DNA of 64,000 nucleotides, taken from NCBI GenBank assembly GCA_964016885.1, contig OZ024750.1, forward strand, positions 34,410,001-34,474,000, written 5' to 3'. The notes under the pieces were generated by a model, which saw nothing but the letters and a program-made list of their open reading frames with translations, was not told the DNA's origin and did no database searches. The position numbers and the translations under genes are program-made. The stretch comes from Eledone cirrhosa (lineage: Eukaryota). Each line of letters opens with the position of its first letter. Position 1 is the stretch's first letter. This document shows, one piece after another, positions 62,707-64,000 of this stretch.

Positions 62707-62754
62707 ATATGTGTGTATGTATATATATTATATATATGTGTATTATATGTATAT

Positions 62755-62785
<31 letters not shown>

Positions 62786-62829
62786 TATATATATGTGTGT
62801 ATGTTCAAGCACATTCCCAGAGTTTAGTA

Positions 62830-63170
62830 TATATTTTATTTTAGTTTATTATCTACTATATATTATAATATTTTATTTTATTAAATAACTAGTATATATT
62901 ATATTTTAGTTTATTAACTAACTAATATATATTATATTGTAGTTTAACTAACTAGTATATATTATAGTATTGTAGTTTAATTAACTAGTATATATTATAT
63001 TGTAGTTTAACTAACTAGTGTATATTATAATATTGTAGTTTAACTAACTAGTATATATTATAATATTGTAGTTTAACTAACTAGTATATATTATATTGTA
63101 GTTTAACTAACTAGTATATATTATAATATTGTAGTTTAACTAACTAATATATATTATAATATTGTAGTGT
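62830..63170. repeat. 30-33-bp AT-rich minisatellite (TATTGTAGTTTAACTAACTAGTATATATTATAA)
   Basis: About 10 imperfect tandem units. Confidence 0.85.
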
Positions 63171-64000
63171 ATTACCATGTTGTACTAAATGAAATATAAT
63201 GTCTTGATTAAATAATTTCCAACTTATTAAAACAATATAAATAATAAGTTTTACAATATTCAATTCTGTTTGAAAGAAAAAACAATCTAAGAAAAGTTAT
63301 AATGAGGAGATATTTCTATTGAATAAATGTTAAATAGAAAAATAATAGTTTGAATTAAGAAATATGTGGCTATTTCTAAACTTTTCAAATGCATGAAATT
63401 TAATGATTGTATTTTCATTTTATTAAAAATTATATAACAATAAAAAATTAATAAATAAATATAAATATAATAATAATTTTTTAAAAATATAGAAAAATGT
63501 TGGTAACAATCAGATATCACATGAATTGTTATGATTTGTTATCACAGGTAGTTATTTGTTTCATATACAAAGAAACTTTAAATATAACTGCCTTTTGTGT
63601 TTCAAATGTATTTAGACATCTCTATTTGGTTTCAAATATTTTACCAATGAAGATATAATTTAAATAGATATTCTTTTTCAATAGCAAGTGAGAATTATGA
63701 AAAGATTTAAATGTCTTTATTATATGCCATTTTTCCATTCCTACTTCCTTCATATTGTTCTAGAATTATTATGTCTAAATTTCGCAATATTTTTCTTTTC
63801 TTCTCTTTGTTGATAAAATTAATCTGAGAGAGTTACATTAAGTTTTTTTTTTTTAGAGTTTATTTATTTATTCATTTTATATAAATCAATATCGTAATGT
63901 ATTATGAAAGATTTTTAGTGATATCTAAAGCCAGGTGGTTATTTTCACAGAATAGAATTGTTTAAGTTAGTGGGGGGTGGGGGTGATATGTGACTGAACA

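Overview
AT-rich animal genomic DNA, not prokaryotic. The SINE, RTE and Penelope repertoire and the (TA)n/(CA)n/(ATG)n load suggest an octopus or other coleoid cephalopod; this is inferred from remembered repeat families and was not searched. No host protein-coding exon, rRNA, true tRNA or CRISPR array can be supported. The window looks intronic or intergenic and is dominated by repeats. Retroelements: two young 5'-truncated RTE-clade LINEs with open RT ORFs carrying a PHD finger inside the RT (43.6-45.7 kb, 46.9-49.2 kb), several tRNA-derived SINE families, and CRE, CR1-like and other RTE remnants. DNA transposons: an internally deleted Chapaev3-type element (11.3-13.0 kb), a non-autonomous Helitron, and piggyBac-, hAT- and Tc1/mariner-type MITEs. 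There are about 15 tandem arrays, several visibly born inside transposons. The most notable non-obvious signals are three minimal type I hammerhead ribozyme motifs in Penelope-like fragments (one inside a 408-bp spacerless palindrome), a twin-priming-type 5' inversion of a non-autonomous RTE derivative, and a SINE/LINE pair with a shared 3' tail. Most long ORFs in the track are repeat artefacts. I found no convincing novel multi-gene system. Boundaries were read by eye and may be off by a few bases.
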